Below, piece by piece: positions 41,021 through 51,888 of a stretch of DNA of 64,000 nucleotides. Numbering within the stretch: position 1 is the stretch's first letter; each line of letters begins with the position of its first letter. The stretch comes from Phycisphaerae bacterium (GTDB lineage Bacteria; Planctomycetota; Phycisphaerae; UBA1845; Fen-1342). The notes under the pieces are model-generated. The model was not told the origin of the DNA, made no database searches, and worked only from the letters and a program-made list of their open reading frames with translations. The DNA lies in NCBI GenBank assembly GCA_963675745.2, contig CAXXWX010000026.1, forward strand, positions 192,001-256,000, given 5' to 3'. A program made the translations under genes and the position numbers.

Positions 41021-42145
41021 CGCAAACCCATAGAAAAACTCCCGTCGCAAGCCGCGCTCGGCCGGCGTCTCACCTGCCAATACGCCACGCAGGTCATCCA
41101 GCACGCGCGGGCTACGGCTGTAGTAAACGTGTCCAACCGGCCCCCGGTCCTGGCTGGTGGCATTGATCACATCGATGCGGCTGGTCAACAGATCCAAATC
41201 CACCTGCCGCAGCGATCCCTGCCCGAGCCGCGAGTACAGGTGCAGCCGTTGCGTGCCACCCAGCGCCCAGTCCGCCGATGAAACGTAAATCGTCACCCGC
41301 CGCGCTGCGGTGGCCATGTGCCGCGCGTAATCGCGCTCGAAAATCTGCGCATCCATGTCAGCCGCCGCGAGGATAATCTGGTCGAAGACGGCACCATCGC
41401 CGCCATCACCCGCCACCGGTGAGGATGCGCCGGCGCGGCGCGCCAGATAGTCCTTCACGGCGCGCGTCAGAACACGCGTGCCCATGCTGTGAGCCATCAG
41501 GTGGATATGTTCTGCGCCCGATTCGTTCACCAGCTCATCGAGAAACTGGGCCAGGTAATACGCCGACCATTCCGCGTTGGTCGTATCAACCAGGTAGCTG
41601 AGCAACCAGCCGCGTGAGGGCCAGCTATACAATACCGCGGGCCCATCGAACCGGATGTCATGGGCAATCTGCGCCGTACGTCGCGCCGCGTTCTCAAACG
41701 TCATCGCAAAGCCGTGTACAAACACAAAGACCTCACGACGCCGAGACTGGGCCACGGACGCGCGCAAGGATTGAAAGAACTCGCTGTGTTCTTGTGGGGC
41801 GCTCACATCGACCAGCGCCACGTGCCGCGTGGGTTCGTGCGGCGAGCCGACAAGCGGCGCTTCAAGGCGCCCCCGGCAGTGCCCCGGCGGGATGCTCACC
41901 TGGCCTGACCCGAGTTTGAGCGAATCAGAGCGATCATTGCCAAACAGCTCGGTCAGCAGTTCGGACTTGGTCTGGTTGCGGTCAGTCGCGTAATACACAC
42001 GGATCAGGGCATAGGCATCCGCGTGCAACTCGCCGAGGGCCGGCGTGGCGCGCGGCTCGCAGTGAATACGCGGGTAATCCGCACAGCCGGCGACAAACAC
42101 CGCCAGCAACAACACAAGCGCCACACGGCTGTTGCGTAACCTCAT
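41015..42145 (-). CDS. Alpha/beta-hydrolase, DUF900 family, lipoprotein
   Basis: VAGC lipobox, YYATDR, FVHGF, YSWPS, AHSMG, ILAAAD. Confidence 0.88.
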   Translation of the reverse strand: MRLRNSRVALVLLLAVFVAGCADYPRIHCEPRATPALGELHADAYALIRVYYATDRNQTKSELLTELFGNDRSDSLKLGSGQVSIPPGHCRGRLEAPLVGSPHEPTRHVALVDVSAPQEHSEFFQSLRASVAQSRRREVFVFVHGFAMTFENAARRTAQIAHDIRFDGPAVLYSWPSRGWLLSYLVDTTNAEWSAYYLAQFLDELVNESGAEHIHLMAHSMGTRVLTRAVKDYLARRAGASSPVAGDGGDGAVFDQIILAAADMDAQIFERDYARHMATAARRVTIYVSSADWALGGTQRLHLYSRLGQGSLRQVDLDLLTSRIDVINATSQDRGPVGHVYYSRSPRVLDDLRGVLAGETPAERGLRREFFYGFAD

Positions 42146-42269
42146 TGACACCCCTGATTTTGCCGGCCGCACTGTCGTCGCCGCCGAGTGCGCGTGTCGG
42201 CCTCAGAACCACTCATGCCGGACCTCGTCGGGCACCGAGACCCGACGCCATACTTGCTGCAAGTCGGCC

Positions 42270-42722
42270 CTAGCACGCGATCGGCGCAACGATCGGCTCG
42301 GCCACTATCTCCCAGTCCTCACGGCGCAGCTTGATTGACTCGGTGTGCGTGCCACACTGCATGATCAGGTATTCGTCTTCCTCGAGTTGTGAATCCATCA
42401 CGGTGCGCATGTCGAACAAATATCCCACCGGCGGCTCGGCTCCCAACTCACAGTCGGGAAACAGGTCCGCCATCTCCTCTTCCGTCGCCAGCCTGACGCT
42501 GGGCTCGTTCAGCACCTCGGCCACGCGCGACAGCTCAACGTGCCGCGGCGCGGGTACCACGCACATGGCAAACCCCTGCATACCTCTGACGATCACCGGC
42601 TTGGCGATCATGTAACCGGTGACATGCTCAGCATCCGCCAGTCCCTGCGATGTGTACGTCACGCCGTGCGTATGCTTCTCGTAACCAATGCCCCGCTGTT
42701 GCAGCAGTTCCTCGAGTTTCAT
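42270..42722 (-). CDS. YbaK/EbsC (aminoacyl-tRNA editing-like) family protein
   Basis: IAKPVIV, LATEEEMADLFPDCELGAEPPVG, GTHTESI. Confidence 0.88.
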   Translation of the reverse strand: MKLEELLQQRGIGYEKHTHGVTYTSQGLADAEHVTGYMIAKPVIVRGMQGFAMCVVPAPRHVELSRVAEVLNEPSVRLATEEEMADLFPDCELGAEPPVGYLFDMRTVMDSQLEEDEYLIMQCGTHTESIKLRREDWEIVAEPIVAPIAC

Positions 42723-43054
42723 GACACAAGCTCCTGTCAGCAGCCGCTGGTGGCCCTGTCCCACGATACCAACGAGATCACGCAAAACCCGACGCCAGAC
42801 GGCGACACACCACCTGGCCGCACTTCCATTGGGGTCTACCCCACGAACTGGGGCGCTGGTTGGCAGTATCTGTCACTCATCGGTTGCAACCGGCGCCGCA
42901 GGTGTTGCGGGATAGCCACCTGTAAGTATGGCCGCGTTTTTCCGTTCCTGCACGTTAACAGGTGGAAAATCGCCGTTTATCGAAGTGCCGGTAAGTATCG
43001 CCGTCCACCGGGGAGTGCCGGCTGACGATCGGGCCCGCAGCGGCAAACACCCAC

Positions 43055-43086
43055 GTAACGGCCTGCGCCTCGCAGGCCGTCGGCGT
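43055..43086. repeat. REP-like palindrome, copy of the element at ~35015-35046
   Basis: GTAACGGCCTGCGCCTCGCAGGCCGTCGGCG. Confidence 0.7.
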
Positions 43087-43200
43087 TGAACAGCGTCTCC
43101 CGTGTTCGGCGGCCGGCGGGCCGCCGGCCGTTACATTGCCGCTCGCGTGGGTAGCTTCCGCGAGCGCCGCGGATCAGCAGCGCAGCGTGCGAGAGCCGCT

Positions 43201-44514
43201 TTATCTGAGGTATTCGTTCAACGCGCTTTCCAGCATTTCCTGACGCCCGCTGGCGATCTCCGGCTCACCGTTGGCCAGCGTGTACGCCTCGAGCGCCTCG
43301 AACCCCATCTCGCCGGCCTCGATCTTCGCGCCCAGCGCGTCATCCCAGCCGGCATAGCGTTCCTTCACGATCCGCTCGAAGTAACCGTCCTCTATCATCC
43401 GCGCGGCAATCTTCAATCCGCGAGCAAACGCGTCCATGCCGCCGATGTGAGCATGGAAAAGGTCGAGCGGGTCAATCGACTGCCGCCGCAGCTTGGCATC
43501 GAAGTTCAGCCCGCCGGTCGTGAAACCCCCGCCGCGCAGAATCGTGTACATGGCGAGCGTCGTGTCGTAGATATTGGTGGGGAACTGATCCGTATCCCAG
43601 CCCAACAGCAGATCGCCGCGGTTGGCATCAACCGACCCGAGCAGGTCATTCGCCACGCAGTATTGCAGCTCGTGAATAAACGAGTGGCCGGCGAGCGTGG
43701 CGTGATTGGCCTCGATGTTCAGCTTGAAGTGATCGGCCAGCCCGTATCTTTGCAGAAACGCGTGGCAATTGCCGGCGTCATAATCGTATTGGTGCTTGGT
43801 CGGCTCCTTGGGCTTCGGTTCGATGTAGAGCTGGCCCGGGAAGCCGATCGCCTGCTTGTGTGCAACTGCCAGGTGCATGAAACGGCCCAGATTGTCAAGC
43901 TCGCGCTTCAGGTCGGTGTTGAGCAGCGTGTCGTAGCCCTCGCGACCGCCCCAAAACACATAGCCCGCGCCACCCAGCTCGTGGGTAACTTCCAGCGCCT
44001 TCTTCACCTGGCTGGCCGCATAGGCAAACACGGCCGGAGAGGGGTTCGTGGCGGCGCCGGCCATGAACCGCCGGTGCGAGAACATGTTGGTCGTGCCCCA
44101 CAGCAGCCTGATGCCGGTATCGTCCTGGAGCTTCTTGGCCAGCGCGACGATTGTGTCCAAACGCCGGTTGGTCTCCGCCAGATTGTCCGCCTCAGGGGCG
44201 ATGTCACGGTCGTGAAAGCACCAGAACCCGACGCCCAGCTTTGTGAAGAACTCGAAGGCCGCCGCCAACGTCTGCTCGGCGATCTTCATCTCATCGCCGC
44301 CGGCGTTGTAGTTGCGGATAAAAGTGCCGGGCCCGAACGGGTCGCCGCCGAGACCCTTGAACGTGTGCCAATAGCACACCGCGAAACGCAGGTGCTCGGC
44401 CATGGATTTGCCGGCAATCCGCTCGTCGGCGTTGTAATGCTTGAACGCCAGCGGCTCTTGCGATTCCGGCCCCTCATACTTGATTCTGCCGACGCCGGGA
44501 AAATACTCAGTCAC
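43201..44514 (-). CDS. xylA: Xylose isomerase (class II)
   Basis: [47 protein letters not shown] start after GGAGG. Confidence 0.96.
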   Translation of the reverse strand: MTEYFPGVGRIKYEGPESQEPLAFKHYNADERIAGKSMAEHLRFAVCYWHTFKGLGGDPFGPGTFIRNYNAGGDEMKIAEQTLAAAFEFFTKLGVGFWCFHDRDIAPEADNLAETNRRLDTIVALAKKLQDDTGIRLLWGTTNMFSHRRFMAGAATNPSPAVFAYAASQVKKALEVTHELGGAGYVFWGGREGYDTLLNTDLKRELDNLGRFMHLAVAHKQAIGFPGQLYIEPKPKEPTKHQYDYDAGNCHAFLQRYGLADHFKLNIEANHATLAGHSFIHELQYCVANDLLGSVDANRGDLLLGWDTDQFPTNIYDTTLAMYTILRGGGFTTGGLNFDAKLRRQSIDPLDLFHAHIGGMDAFARGLKIAARMIEDGYFERIVKERYAGWDDALGAKIEAGEMGFEALEAYTLANGEPEIASGRQEMLESALNEYLR

Positions 44515-44627
44515 CGTGACACCTCCGATCCGCAAGCCGACTCCGCGCGCTGTCCGATACGCGAGAGTCCGAGCAGCATCAATCCGTAAACACAGCCTCG
44601 CAAGTGCAAGCCGCGTAGCACGTCATT

Positions 44628-44650
44628 GTGGCACAGGTTCGTAACCTGTC
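44628..44650. repeat. REP-like palindrome of the ACAGGTT/AACCTGT family
   Basis: GTGGC-ACAGGTT-CGT-AACCTGT; related perfect palindrome at 55743-55760. Confidence 0.55.
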
Positions 44651-44803
44651 ACTCCCACCATTCAAAACTGGTGCCGCATTGCCGCCAACGATCTCGCGCT
44701 CACTCTCTCTGCTGCGGCCACAAGACGAGATCACCGGCGCCGGTGAACGCGCCGCACCGATCTCCCTGTTCCCAGTTCCCCGTTCCCTGTTCCCTTCTCG
44801 CCC

Positions 44804-45529
44804 CTACGGCATCCCCGCCGTCATATCCATCACGGTCACGCCTTCCGGAGCTTCAAACTTGAAACGCTCCGGCTTGATCGCGACGTCCACCTTGATATTC
44901 GTGTGGGTCATGGTTGTCATCGGCTTGCCGTCGGGCGTGTTCATCACCATCTTCAGCATCATCCCACCCGTCTTGGCGAAGCACATGGTCATCTTGCCCA
45001 TCGCCGCGGGGTTCTTGGGTGTGCCCTCGATCACATATGCGTCGTGTCCGTCGATCGTCTCGTCGGCGAGCAGCTTCAGGTCATAGTCCTTTTTCATCTG
45101 CTCGAACATGCCCTTGTTGACCATCTGCTGGTTCTTGGGATCGAGCTTGGTCTTCATTGCGGTCTTGGTGCCGGACTCCTCGGTCAACACATAGGAGTGT
45201 TCGCCGTCGGTGATCATCAGCGACTGTGACTCTTTCTTCTGCTCCGTGCCGCCCATGTTCATGTCGGTGGTAGTCTTGTGCTCCATGCGCGACAACATTT
45301 TGCCGCCCTGACGCATGACTTCCATCGTGCCCTTCACCGACATCTTCATGCTCATGGCTTCGTTCTTGATGTTCGTCTCTGACGACACGTCGGCGGTATA
45401 CGACTTCACCTTCTCAGCTTCCGCAATAATCTTCGCGGACACGTCGTCGACGGCATCGGCCTGCGCCGGCAACACTGTCATCGCCAGCAACACAATCGTC
45501 CCAAGCACACACTGCGTGATCTTCATCAT
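44804..45529 (-). CDS. LolA-like periplasmic carrier/sorting protein
   Basis: SD AAGGAG; signal peptide; ETIDGHDAYVIEGTP; C-terminal FKFEAPEGVTVMD. Confidence 0.72.
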   Translation of the reverse strand: MMKITQCVLGTIVLLAMTVLPAQADAVDDVSAKIIAEAEKVKSYTADVSSETNIKNEAMSMKMSVKGTMEVMRQGGKMLSRMEHKTTTDMNMGGTEQKKESQSLMITDGEHSYVLTEESGTKTAMKTKLDPKNQQMVNKGMFEQMKKDYDLKLLADETIDGHDAYVIEGTPKNPAAMGKMTMCFAKTGGMMLKMVMNTPDGKPMTTMTHTNIKVDVAIKPERFKFEAPEGVTVMDMTAGMP

Positions 45530-45647
45530 CTCGATATCTCCTTTGGTTTTTGAACGCACGATCGCCATTCGCTCGACCCGCGCACATTGTAGGCGCTGGC
45601 ATCAGCCCCGTTAAGCCACGCAGCGCTAGGTGTTTGTGCCGAGAAAC

Positions 45648-46919
45648 TCAGACGTGTTTCAGCGTGTGACCCATCTTCTGACGCTTGGTCTCGAGGTAGC
45701 GGCGGTTGTGCTCATTTGGGGGGAACTCGAGCGCGAGCTGCTCCACAACCTCCAGGCCGTAAACCTCCAGCCGGCGGACTTTCTTGGGGTTGTTGGTCAA
45801 TACGCGCAGCTTCGATACGCCCAGGTCCAGCAGTATCTGGGCCCCGATGCCGTAGTCGCGCCGGTCAGGCGGCAAGCCCAGGGCCACGTTGGCTTCGACC
45901 GTGTCAAGGCCCCCGTCCTGCAAACGGTAGGCGTGCAGCTTGTTGAGCAAGCCAATCCCACGCCCCTCCTGGCGCAGATATACAATCACGCCACGGCCTT
46001 CCTGCGCAATCATCTCCATCGCGGCAGTGAGCTGCTGGCCGCAGTCACACCGTAGCGACCCAAACACGTCGCCGGTGAGACACTCGGAATGAACGCGCAC
46101 CAGAACCGGCTCATCGGTGCTCGCGACGTTGCCGGCTTCGTCAACGGCGCCCACGCCACCACGGCAAAAGGCCACGTGCGTCGCATGATCGGCCGGCGAG
46201 CGATAGGCGATCAGCTCCCAGGCGCCGAACTCGTTGATCAACGGAATCGTCTCGACGCGTTCGACCAGCCGTTCGCGCCGGATGCGATGCTCGATCAGTT
46301 CGGCGACGGTACACATCTTCAGCCCGTGTTTGCGCGAAAACTCGGTGAGCTGCGGCACGCGAGCCATGCTGCCATCTGGGTTGAGAATCTCGATCAGCGC
46401 GGCTCCCGGCATCAGGCCGGCCAACCGGCAGAGATCGACCGAGCCTTCGGTCTGCCCCGATCGGACAAGCACACCCCCCTCGCGCGCGATCAACGGATTA
46501 ACGTGGCCGGGACGCACGAAGTCCGCCGGAACGGCCTCCTCGGCGACGGTGTGCCGGATGGTCGTGGCCCGGTCGGATGACGACACGCCCGTGGTTACGC
46601 CCAGGCGCGGGGCGGCGTCGATTGTCACGGTGAAGGCGGTCCCCAGGCGCGTCGTGTTCACCGGCACCTGGGGGTGGAGATTCAAGCGGTCGCAGCGTGC
46701 CCCGCTGAGCGCCACGCACAACGTGCCGCGGCCTTCGCGGAGCATGAAGTTGACTTTCTCCGGCGTGATCTGCTGGGCGGCGCAGACAAGGTCGCCCTCA
46801 TTCTCGCGATCCTCGTCATCGACCAGGATGATCAGGTTGCCGCGGCGCAGCTCCTCCAGGGCCTCTTCTATCGTGCAGAAAACGCCCTCGCGCTTACGGT
46901 CGTCCGAATGTGCACACAT
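45648..46919 (-). CDS. ribBA: Bifunctional DHBP synthase / GTP cyclohydrolase II
   Basis: DDEDRENEGDL, RPGHV, RVHSECLTGDVFGSLRCDCG, QEGRGIGL, LTNNPKK. Confidence 0.96.
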   Translation of the reverse strand: MCAHSDDRKREGVFCTIEEALEELRRGNLIILVDDEDRENEGDLVCAAQQITPEKVNFMLREGRGTLCVALSGARCDRLNLHPQVPVNTTRLGTAFTVTIDAAPRLGVTTGVSSSDRATTIRHTVAEEAVPADFVRPGHVNPLIAREGGVLVRSGQTEGSVDLCRLAGLMPGAALIEILNPDGSMARVPQLTEFSRKHGLKMCTVAELIEHRIRRERLVERVETIPLINEFGAWELIAYRSPADHATHVAFCRGGVGAVDEAGNVASTDEPVLVRVHSECLTGDVFGSLRCDCGQQLTAAMEMIAQEGRGVIVYLRQEGRGIGLLNKLHAYRLQDGGLDTVEANVALGLPPDRRDYGIGAQILLDLGVSKLRVLTNNPKKVRRLEVYGLEVVEQLALEFPPNEHNRRYLETKRQKMGHTLKHV

Positions 46920-47127
46920 ATTCGAATAGCTCCCAGCTTACGAGCGGGTCTCTTGCGCCAAACGTCGATTCTAGCGGTTCCCGTCAGCCATGCACAGCCG
47001 CACGCGGCTGGATTGGCGCTGGTGCCGGACCGCATACGCGGGCGAGCCGGCCGCCATGGGGCATGCAATGATGGGCGTATTCGATTACCATCAAGGCAGT
47101 GGGTTCTGTCCTGTGGAGTTCTGCGTC

Positions 47128-47457
47128 ATGGCTGCTTTGCCCGATACGGCGACGAGGCCGGCCACCCACCACCGGCCACGTCAGACACCACGCTATAACG
47201 TCGTGCTGCTCGACGACAACGAGCACACCTACGCCTACGTCATCGGGATGCTCCAGTGCCTGTTTCACTTCACCCGCGAAAACGCTTATCGTATGGCCTG
47301 TGAGGTCGACACCGTCGGGCGCGTGGTCCTGATGACGACCGTGCTGGAGCAAGCCGAATTCAAGCGTGACCAGATCCACGCGTTCGGCGCTGACTGGCGC
47401 ATCGTGACCTCGCAGGGTTCGATGAGCGCGGTCATCGAGCCGGCTCCCGGTGCGTGA
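47128..47457 (+). CDS. clpS: ATP-dependent Clp protease adaptor ClpS
   Basis: PRYNVVLLDDNEHTYAYVI..L..LF, EVDTVGR, SMSAVIEP. Confidence 0.88.
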   Translation: MAALPDTATRPATHHRPRQTPRYNVVLLDDNEHTYAYVIGMLQCLFHFTRENAYRMACEVDTVGRVVLMTTVLEQAEFKRDQIHAFGADWRIVTSQGSMSAVIEPAPGA

Positions 47458-47585
47458 CAGCGGTTCCGCGTGCTAATCGCCAACGACGTTGCTTGATGTG
47501 GCGGCGGAGTCTCGCCCCCGATTGAGACCGGGTGCCACGTGCCCGTTGGCGGACGGGCCGCCGAATTCGGGTGGAGGTGTGCTGG

Positions 47586-50009
47586 ATGTCCATCCCGCGA
47601 GTGGCGCGGACTGTGAACCTGGGACTGTTGCTGGGGCTGGCACTCACGGTCCCGTGCGTGGACGCGCGCGTACCGTCGCGCACCACCGGTCAATGGTTGC
47701 TCGATCTGGCCCGCGATCAGGGCCTGCGGGCGCGCACCGCGCCGACCGAGGCCGATCTGCTTTACATCGAAACTCTGCTGCGCGCCGCCATCCGCGTGCA
47801 ACCCGATCTGTTCGAAGCTCACTATCTGCGTTTTGAATTGGCCGAGCTGCGCGGCGACCATGAGATCGCGCGCCAGGAGCTGGAGCGCCTGTTCCTGCTT
47901 GACCCGGGCCACGACGGTGTCGCAGCGCGGCACATGCGCATGGGCCTGGCCGGCCAGCAGACCACCGAAAGACGCGAGCGGTTTCTGTTGGGCATCATTG
48001 GCGATACGGCGCAGTCAGCGCATACCAAGGCGCTGGCGTGCGTGCATTTGGCGGATATTGCCGCCAGACGCTTTGAAAGCGAGCGCGTCGAGGAATGGCT
48101 GTCGCGCGCCACGGAGCTCGAGCCCGACAGCCCGGACGCCGCCATGAGCCGCTTCGAATCGCTCGCCGAGACCGCCACCCCCGAGCAACGTGCCGCGACG
48201 GCCTTGGCGTTGCTGCGACTGAACCCACTGCACGTTGAAGCTGCCTGGGAAGTCGGATTGGTTTGTGATCGGGCGGGGCTCGTCGATGCGGCCGGCGAGT
48301 TCTTCACATACGCGCTCGAGGTGTTTCGGGCCGGCAACCCCCGCGCACAGGTCCCCAGCGGCAACCTGCTCGATCTGGCCCACAACCTCATCGCCCGCGG
48401 GCTTATCGAAGATGCGACCGGTGCCATCCAACAGGCCGTCGCCGCTGACCCCGAGCGCGTGGAGGCCGCCCTGCTGTTGCACTGGCTGTTTACCAAGCAG
48501 AATCGTGTCGAGGCGGCGTCGGCATTGCGCGAGACGCTCAGCACCCGCTTTGCCAAACTGCACGATCCAACGCGTTGGCCGATCAATGAGGTGGCCCAGG
48601 CCGCCTGGTACTACTGCCACCTCGACCCCCAACCCCACCGCGCCCTGGCCCTGGCTGAGGCGGCGGCCACCCGCGCTCCGCGCGACCCGTTCGTGCAACG
48701 CGTACTCGGTTGGGCCCAGGCAGCCAATCTCGACGCGCCCGCCGCACTGACCACACTCGAACCCCTGTCCGGTGATGACCCCTACGCGGCGTACCAGGTA
48801 GTGAAGCTGCTGCGCGCGGCCGGCGAGGAGAGCCGGGCCGAAGCCGTGCTCCGGGAGTATGACGGCCGGCGTATCATTGGCCCGGCGTTGGATCTTCTAA
48901 ACGAGCTTCGGTTTGGTGCCACCACGACAATGCCCACGACGGCGCCAACGACGCTGCCCACCACACAGGCGACGACCGCGCCTTCACCCTCGCCTGAAGA
49001 GGTACCGACGACGGCGCCTGCATCTCCATCGGCAGCCGCGCTTAACAAGCTGCTGGCACGCTTCGACCGCAATGTACTCGAGTTTCACCGCAATCCATCT
49101 CGTTTTCTCCAGGCCGCCGTGCGCATCGATCCCCCCAGTTTGCGCCCGGGTGAGCCGTGGTGGGTCGAGATTGCCCTGAAGAACCGCGCGACCTTTCCAA
49201 TCACGCTGGGGCCCGACTGGGCTGTCAACCCGGTCTTTGTCCTCTCCTTCAAAGTCGAGGGTGATCGGCAGCGCGAATATCCGGATCTGCTCACTGTAAC
49301 GCTCGAGCGCAAGGCGGTGCTCAAACCGGGAGAGTCGATGCGCCTACGGCAGACCATCGACATTGGTCCGCTGCGCAGGATCGCTCGCTACACGCCGCAA
49401 CAATTGCAGAACTTCACCGTAAGCGCGATGCTGGCACCAATACGGACGCCGGACGGCCGCTGGCAGCCGGACGTGGGCGGCCAGGTGCTGAAGCCGGCGT
49501 ATTTCAATCGCCGGCCGCAGCCCACGAGTGTTGATGCTTTGAACGCCATCTTCGGCGCGCTGTCGGATACCGACAACCCATCACGTTTTCGAGCGGTTGC
49601 GGTAGTCGCCGAATTGCTCGGCGAGCGTCAGCGTGCCGCGCGCGGCAAGTTAAACTACACCCCCGAGCGCATCCCCTTTGCTCGCATGCGTCGCATGTTG
49701 ATCGGCGCGCTTCAGTCGGAATCATGGGAGTTGCGCGCCCGATCGCTGGATGCGTTGCACGTAATGGGGCTCGACGCCCAACTGCTCCATGTGGCGGAAG
49801 AGAACCTCAGTCATGAGCACTGGCTGGTGCGCTTGATGGCGATGCGGCTGCTTGCCCGACAGGGGGCGGGCTTTTCGAACGGCGCCGCCAAACTGGTCGC
49901 CGATGATGAGGATGAGCTCGTCCGGGATCTGGCACGCAGCTATCTTGCGCGGTGGCGTGAAGCGGCGCCCGCTGACAAAGAACCCGGTGCCACAACACCG
50001 CAGCCGTAA
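47586..50009 (+). CDS. Secreted TPR/HEAT-repeat protein of unknown function
   Basis: Signal peptide; TPR-like helices; Thr/Pro linker; beta-rich domain; C-terminal HEAT-like repeats (WELRARSL, WLVRLMA). Confidence 0.7.
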   Translation: MSIPRVARTVNLGLLLGLALTVPCVDARVPSRTTGQWLLDLARDQGLRARTAPTEADLLYIETLLRAAIRVQPDLFEAHYLRFELAELRGDHEIARQELERLFLLDPGHDGVAARHMRMGLAGQQTTERRERFLLGIIGDTAQSAHTKALACVHLADIAARRFESERVEEWLSRATELEPDSPDAAMSRFESLAETATPEQRAATALALLRLNPLHVEAAWEVGLVCDRAGLVDAAGEFFTYALEVFRAGNPRAQVPSGNLLDLAHNLIARGLIEDATGAIQQAVAADPERVEAALLLHWLFTKQNRVEAASALRETLSTRFAKLHDPTRWPINEVAQAAWYYCHLDPQPHRALALAEAAATRAPRDPFVQRVLGWAQAANLDAPAALTTLEPLSGDDPYAAYQVVKLLRAAGEESRAEAVLREYDGRRIIGPALDLLNELRFGATTTMPTTAPTTLPTTQATTAPSPSPEEVPTTAPASPSAAALNKLLARFDRNVLEFHRNPSRFLQAAVRIDPPSLRPGEPWWVEIALKNRATFPITLGPDWAVNPVFVLSFKVEGDRQREYPDLLTVTLERKAVLKPGESMRLRQTIDIGPLRRIARYTPQQLQNFTVSAMLAPIRTPDGRWQPDVGGQVLKPAYFNRRPQPTSVDALNAIFGALSDTDNPSRFRAVAVVAELLGERQRAARGKLNYTPERIPFARMRRMLIGALQSESWELRARSLDALHVMGLDAQLLHVAEENLSHEHWLVRLMAMRLLARQGAGFSNGAAKLVADDEDELVRDLARSYLARWREAAPADKEPGATTPQP

Positions 50010-50167
50010 CTCCCGGGTCGGGTCTCCGCCGGGCGCGATTCAAGCGAGGCCGTCGAACATCCGATAAAACATGCAGGCGAAACCACTGCGCCCGCTGAGC
50101 CTGGTTGGTTGGCGTTTCGTCACGCTCGGTGGTAAAAAGACGCATTCGCGCGCGGCCGCGTTCAACA

Positions 50168-50257
50168 CGCGGGTGCCATGCCGACGGCCGTTCGCGTCGG
50201 CATGTACTTCGGCGCGGGTGCCATGCCGACGGCCGTTCGCGTCGGCATGCTCTTCGG
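50168..50257. repeat. Tandem REP-like doublet (45-bp period)
   Basis: CGCGGGTGC-CATGCCGACG-GCCGTTCG-CGTCGGCATG at 50168 and 50213. Confidence 0.85.
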
Positions 50258-50317
50258 CCAACGGGAACGTCGGCCGCTACGAAAACTGGACAGCCATTTG
50301 AACGCCGGGAGTTGCCT

Positions 50318-51313
50318 GTGTTTTGCACGTTGAGAAGAGTCGGGGCTGGCACGATGCTCGCACTGTTGCTGCTGGCTGTCGGCGGTTGCCAGATGATGGC
50401 CAAGAGCCACATCAAGCGCGGCGAGCAAGCCGCCGCGATGGCTGACATGGGCGCCGCGTTGGCCGAGTACCAGCGCGCCGTCGAGGCCGACCCGTTCTAT
50501 GCTCCTGGACACCGGCGTCTCGCGTCCGCATATCGACAGGTCGGCCGCCTCGATGAAGCCGCCGAGTCGCTCCAACAGGCGGTGGAGCTCGAACCAAACC
50601 ACCAGGATTGGGTGCTCGAACTAGGCGAGATCTACCGGCTGCTGAACAAGATGACGCAGGCGATCAGGGCATACGTGCTCGCGTGCGAGTTGGATCCCAA
50701 GAGCTTCGACGCCCATTTCCGCCTTGCGGCCTGCTATCACCAGGCGGGCGATCTGGACCTGGCCATAGACGGCTACCAGAAAGCACTGGCCCTGGAAAGC
50801 GACCACGCCCTGGCCTGGAGTAATCTGGGCGCCGTGTTCGATCACCAGAAGCGTTACTACGAAGCCATCAACGCCTACAAGCACTCGCTGGAGTGCAATG
50901 ACTCACAGCCGATCGTGCTGGTAAACCTGGCCACGGTGTACCTCAATCAGCAGCGCTGGCTGACCGCGCAGCGCGCCCTGCAAGCGGCCATCCGCCTTGA
51001 CCCGGACATCTCGGTCGCCCACGAGCGCATGGGTTACTGCCATTGGCGCTTGGAGTCGTACGAAGAGGCCGCCGAGCGCTATCAGCGGGCGATTGATCTG
51101 GATGCCAAGAACGCCGCGGCGTATGCCGGCCTGGGCGTCGTCCGCATGACGCAATTCCTGGATGCTCCCGGCAAGTTCGGCTATCGCGACGAAGCGATCG
51201 AGGCCTGGCACACCAGCCTGGAGCTGAATCCCAATCAGCCCAAGCTGCGCCCGTTGCTGGAGAAGTACCGCGTCAAAACCAGTGAACCGGTCCTATCAAT
51301 CGACGGCGGCTGA
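50318..51313 (+). CDS. TPR-repeat lipoprotein
   Basis: LAVGGC lipobox; multiple TPRs (AWSNLG, AIRLDP, AYAGLG); the upstream part of the ORF-track call is only translated REP sequence. Confidence 0.88.
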   Translation: MFCTLRRVGAGTMLALLLLAVGGCQMMAKSHIKRGEQAAAMADMGAALAEYQRAVEADPFYAPGHRRLASAYRQVGRLDEAAESLQQAVELEPNHQDWVLELGEIYRLLNKMTQAIRAYVLACELDPKSFDAHFRLAACYHQAGDLDLAIDGYQKALALESDHALAWSNLGAVFDHQKRYYEAINAYKHSLECNDSQPIVLVNLATVYLNQQRWLTAQRALQAAIRLDPDISVAHERMGYCHWRLESYEEAAERYQRAIDLDAKNAAAYAGLGVVRMTQFLDAPGKFGYRDEAIEAWHTSLELNPNQPKLRPLLEKYRVKTSEPVLSIDGG

Positions 51314-51463
51314 CCGCAGCGAAGTAGCGTGCCACGGCTCTGTGAGCAGTGTTTCTTGACGCGGGCACCGCCGAAAAAAGCACGCCTCGCAGACGGCAAC
51401 TCGGTGCGACAAGGCGCCCCATGCGCAGGGCCCGTGACACAACCGGCGGATGGTAGCGGTGCC

Positions 51464-51645
51464 GTCCCGCAGGGACGCAATGAACTTAGCCCAGTACGAA
51501 GTGCTGGGGCAATCGTGGCCACGTGAAGACCCAGTCCCACCGGGACGGCTGAGCTTTCAGTCGTCCCGTACGGGACTTGGCGGCCGGGTGCGCGATCCAG
51601 ACCCAGCACTGCGTGCTGGGCTATGTTCAGATGCCCCTACGGGGC
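51464..51645. mobile_element. ~180-bp REPIN/MITE-like nested inverted-repeat element
   Basis: Outer arms TGAAC.TAGCCCAGTACG.AGTGCTGGG / CCCAGCACT.CGTGCTGGGCTA.GTTCA; inner arms GGGACGGCTGA/TCAGTCGTCCC; four GYCCCNNNGGGRC palindromes. Confidence 0.65.
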
Positions 51646-51888
51646 GAACAACTCGAAAACCACCGGCGCGGAATTCCCGCCGCAAGTGTCACGGCCCCCC
51701 GTGCGCATCGCGCGAAACACCACGCTGGACACAGCAACCACCCAATTGCTATCCTGCGAATAGCAACATCAACGCGGCTCATCTGAGCCGCCGGACGCTG
51801 CGATACTCACCCGCCGTTGACATTTCGCTTCCGTAGCGGCGGGCAGCGCGTAGCATGCGGATCAAGCAGCGACAAGGGAGGACGGGCG

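Noticed and set aside
42790..43050. Possible ncRNA in the ybaK-xylA gap (CCACCTGT/ACAGGTGG inverted repeat, GTAAGTAT twice)
   Set aside because: No recognisable RNA family; too little evidence without comparative data
46920..47127. FMN riboswitch upstream of ribBA
   Set aside because: The conserved RFN motifs were not found on the minus strand
50105..50317. N-terminal extension of the TPR ORF with an RGCHADGRSRRH repeat
   Set aside because: It is the translation of the REP doublet; the lipoprotein signal begins downstream
51395..51464. Weak resemblance to a c-di-GMP-I riboswitch (GGCAA...ATGGTAGCGGTGCCG)
   Set aside because: It lacks the GAAA tetraloop stem and CGCAAAG core; an Infernal search would be needed to settle it
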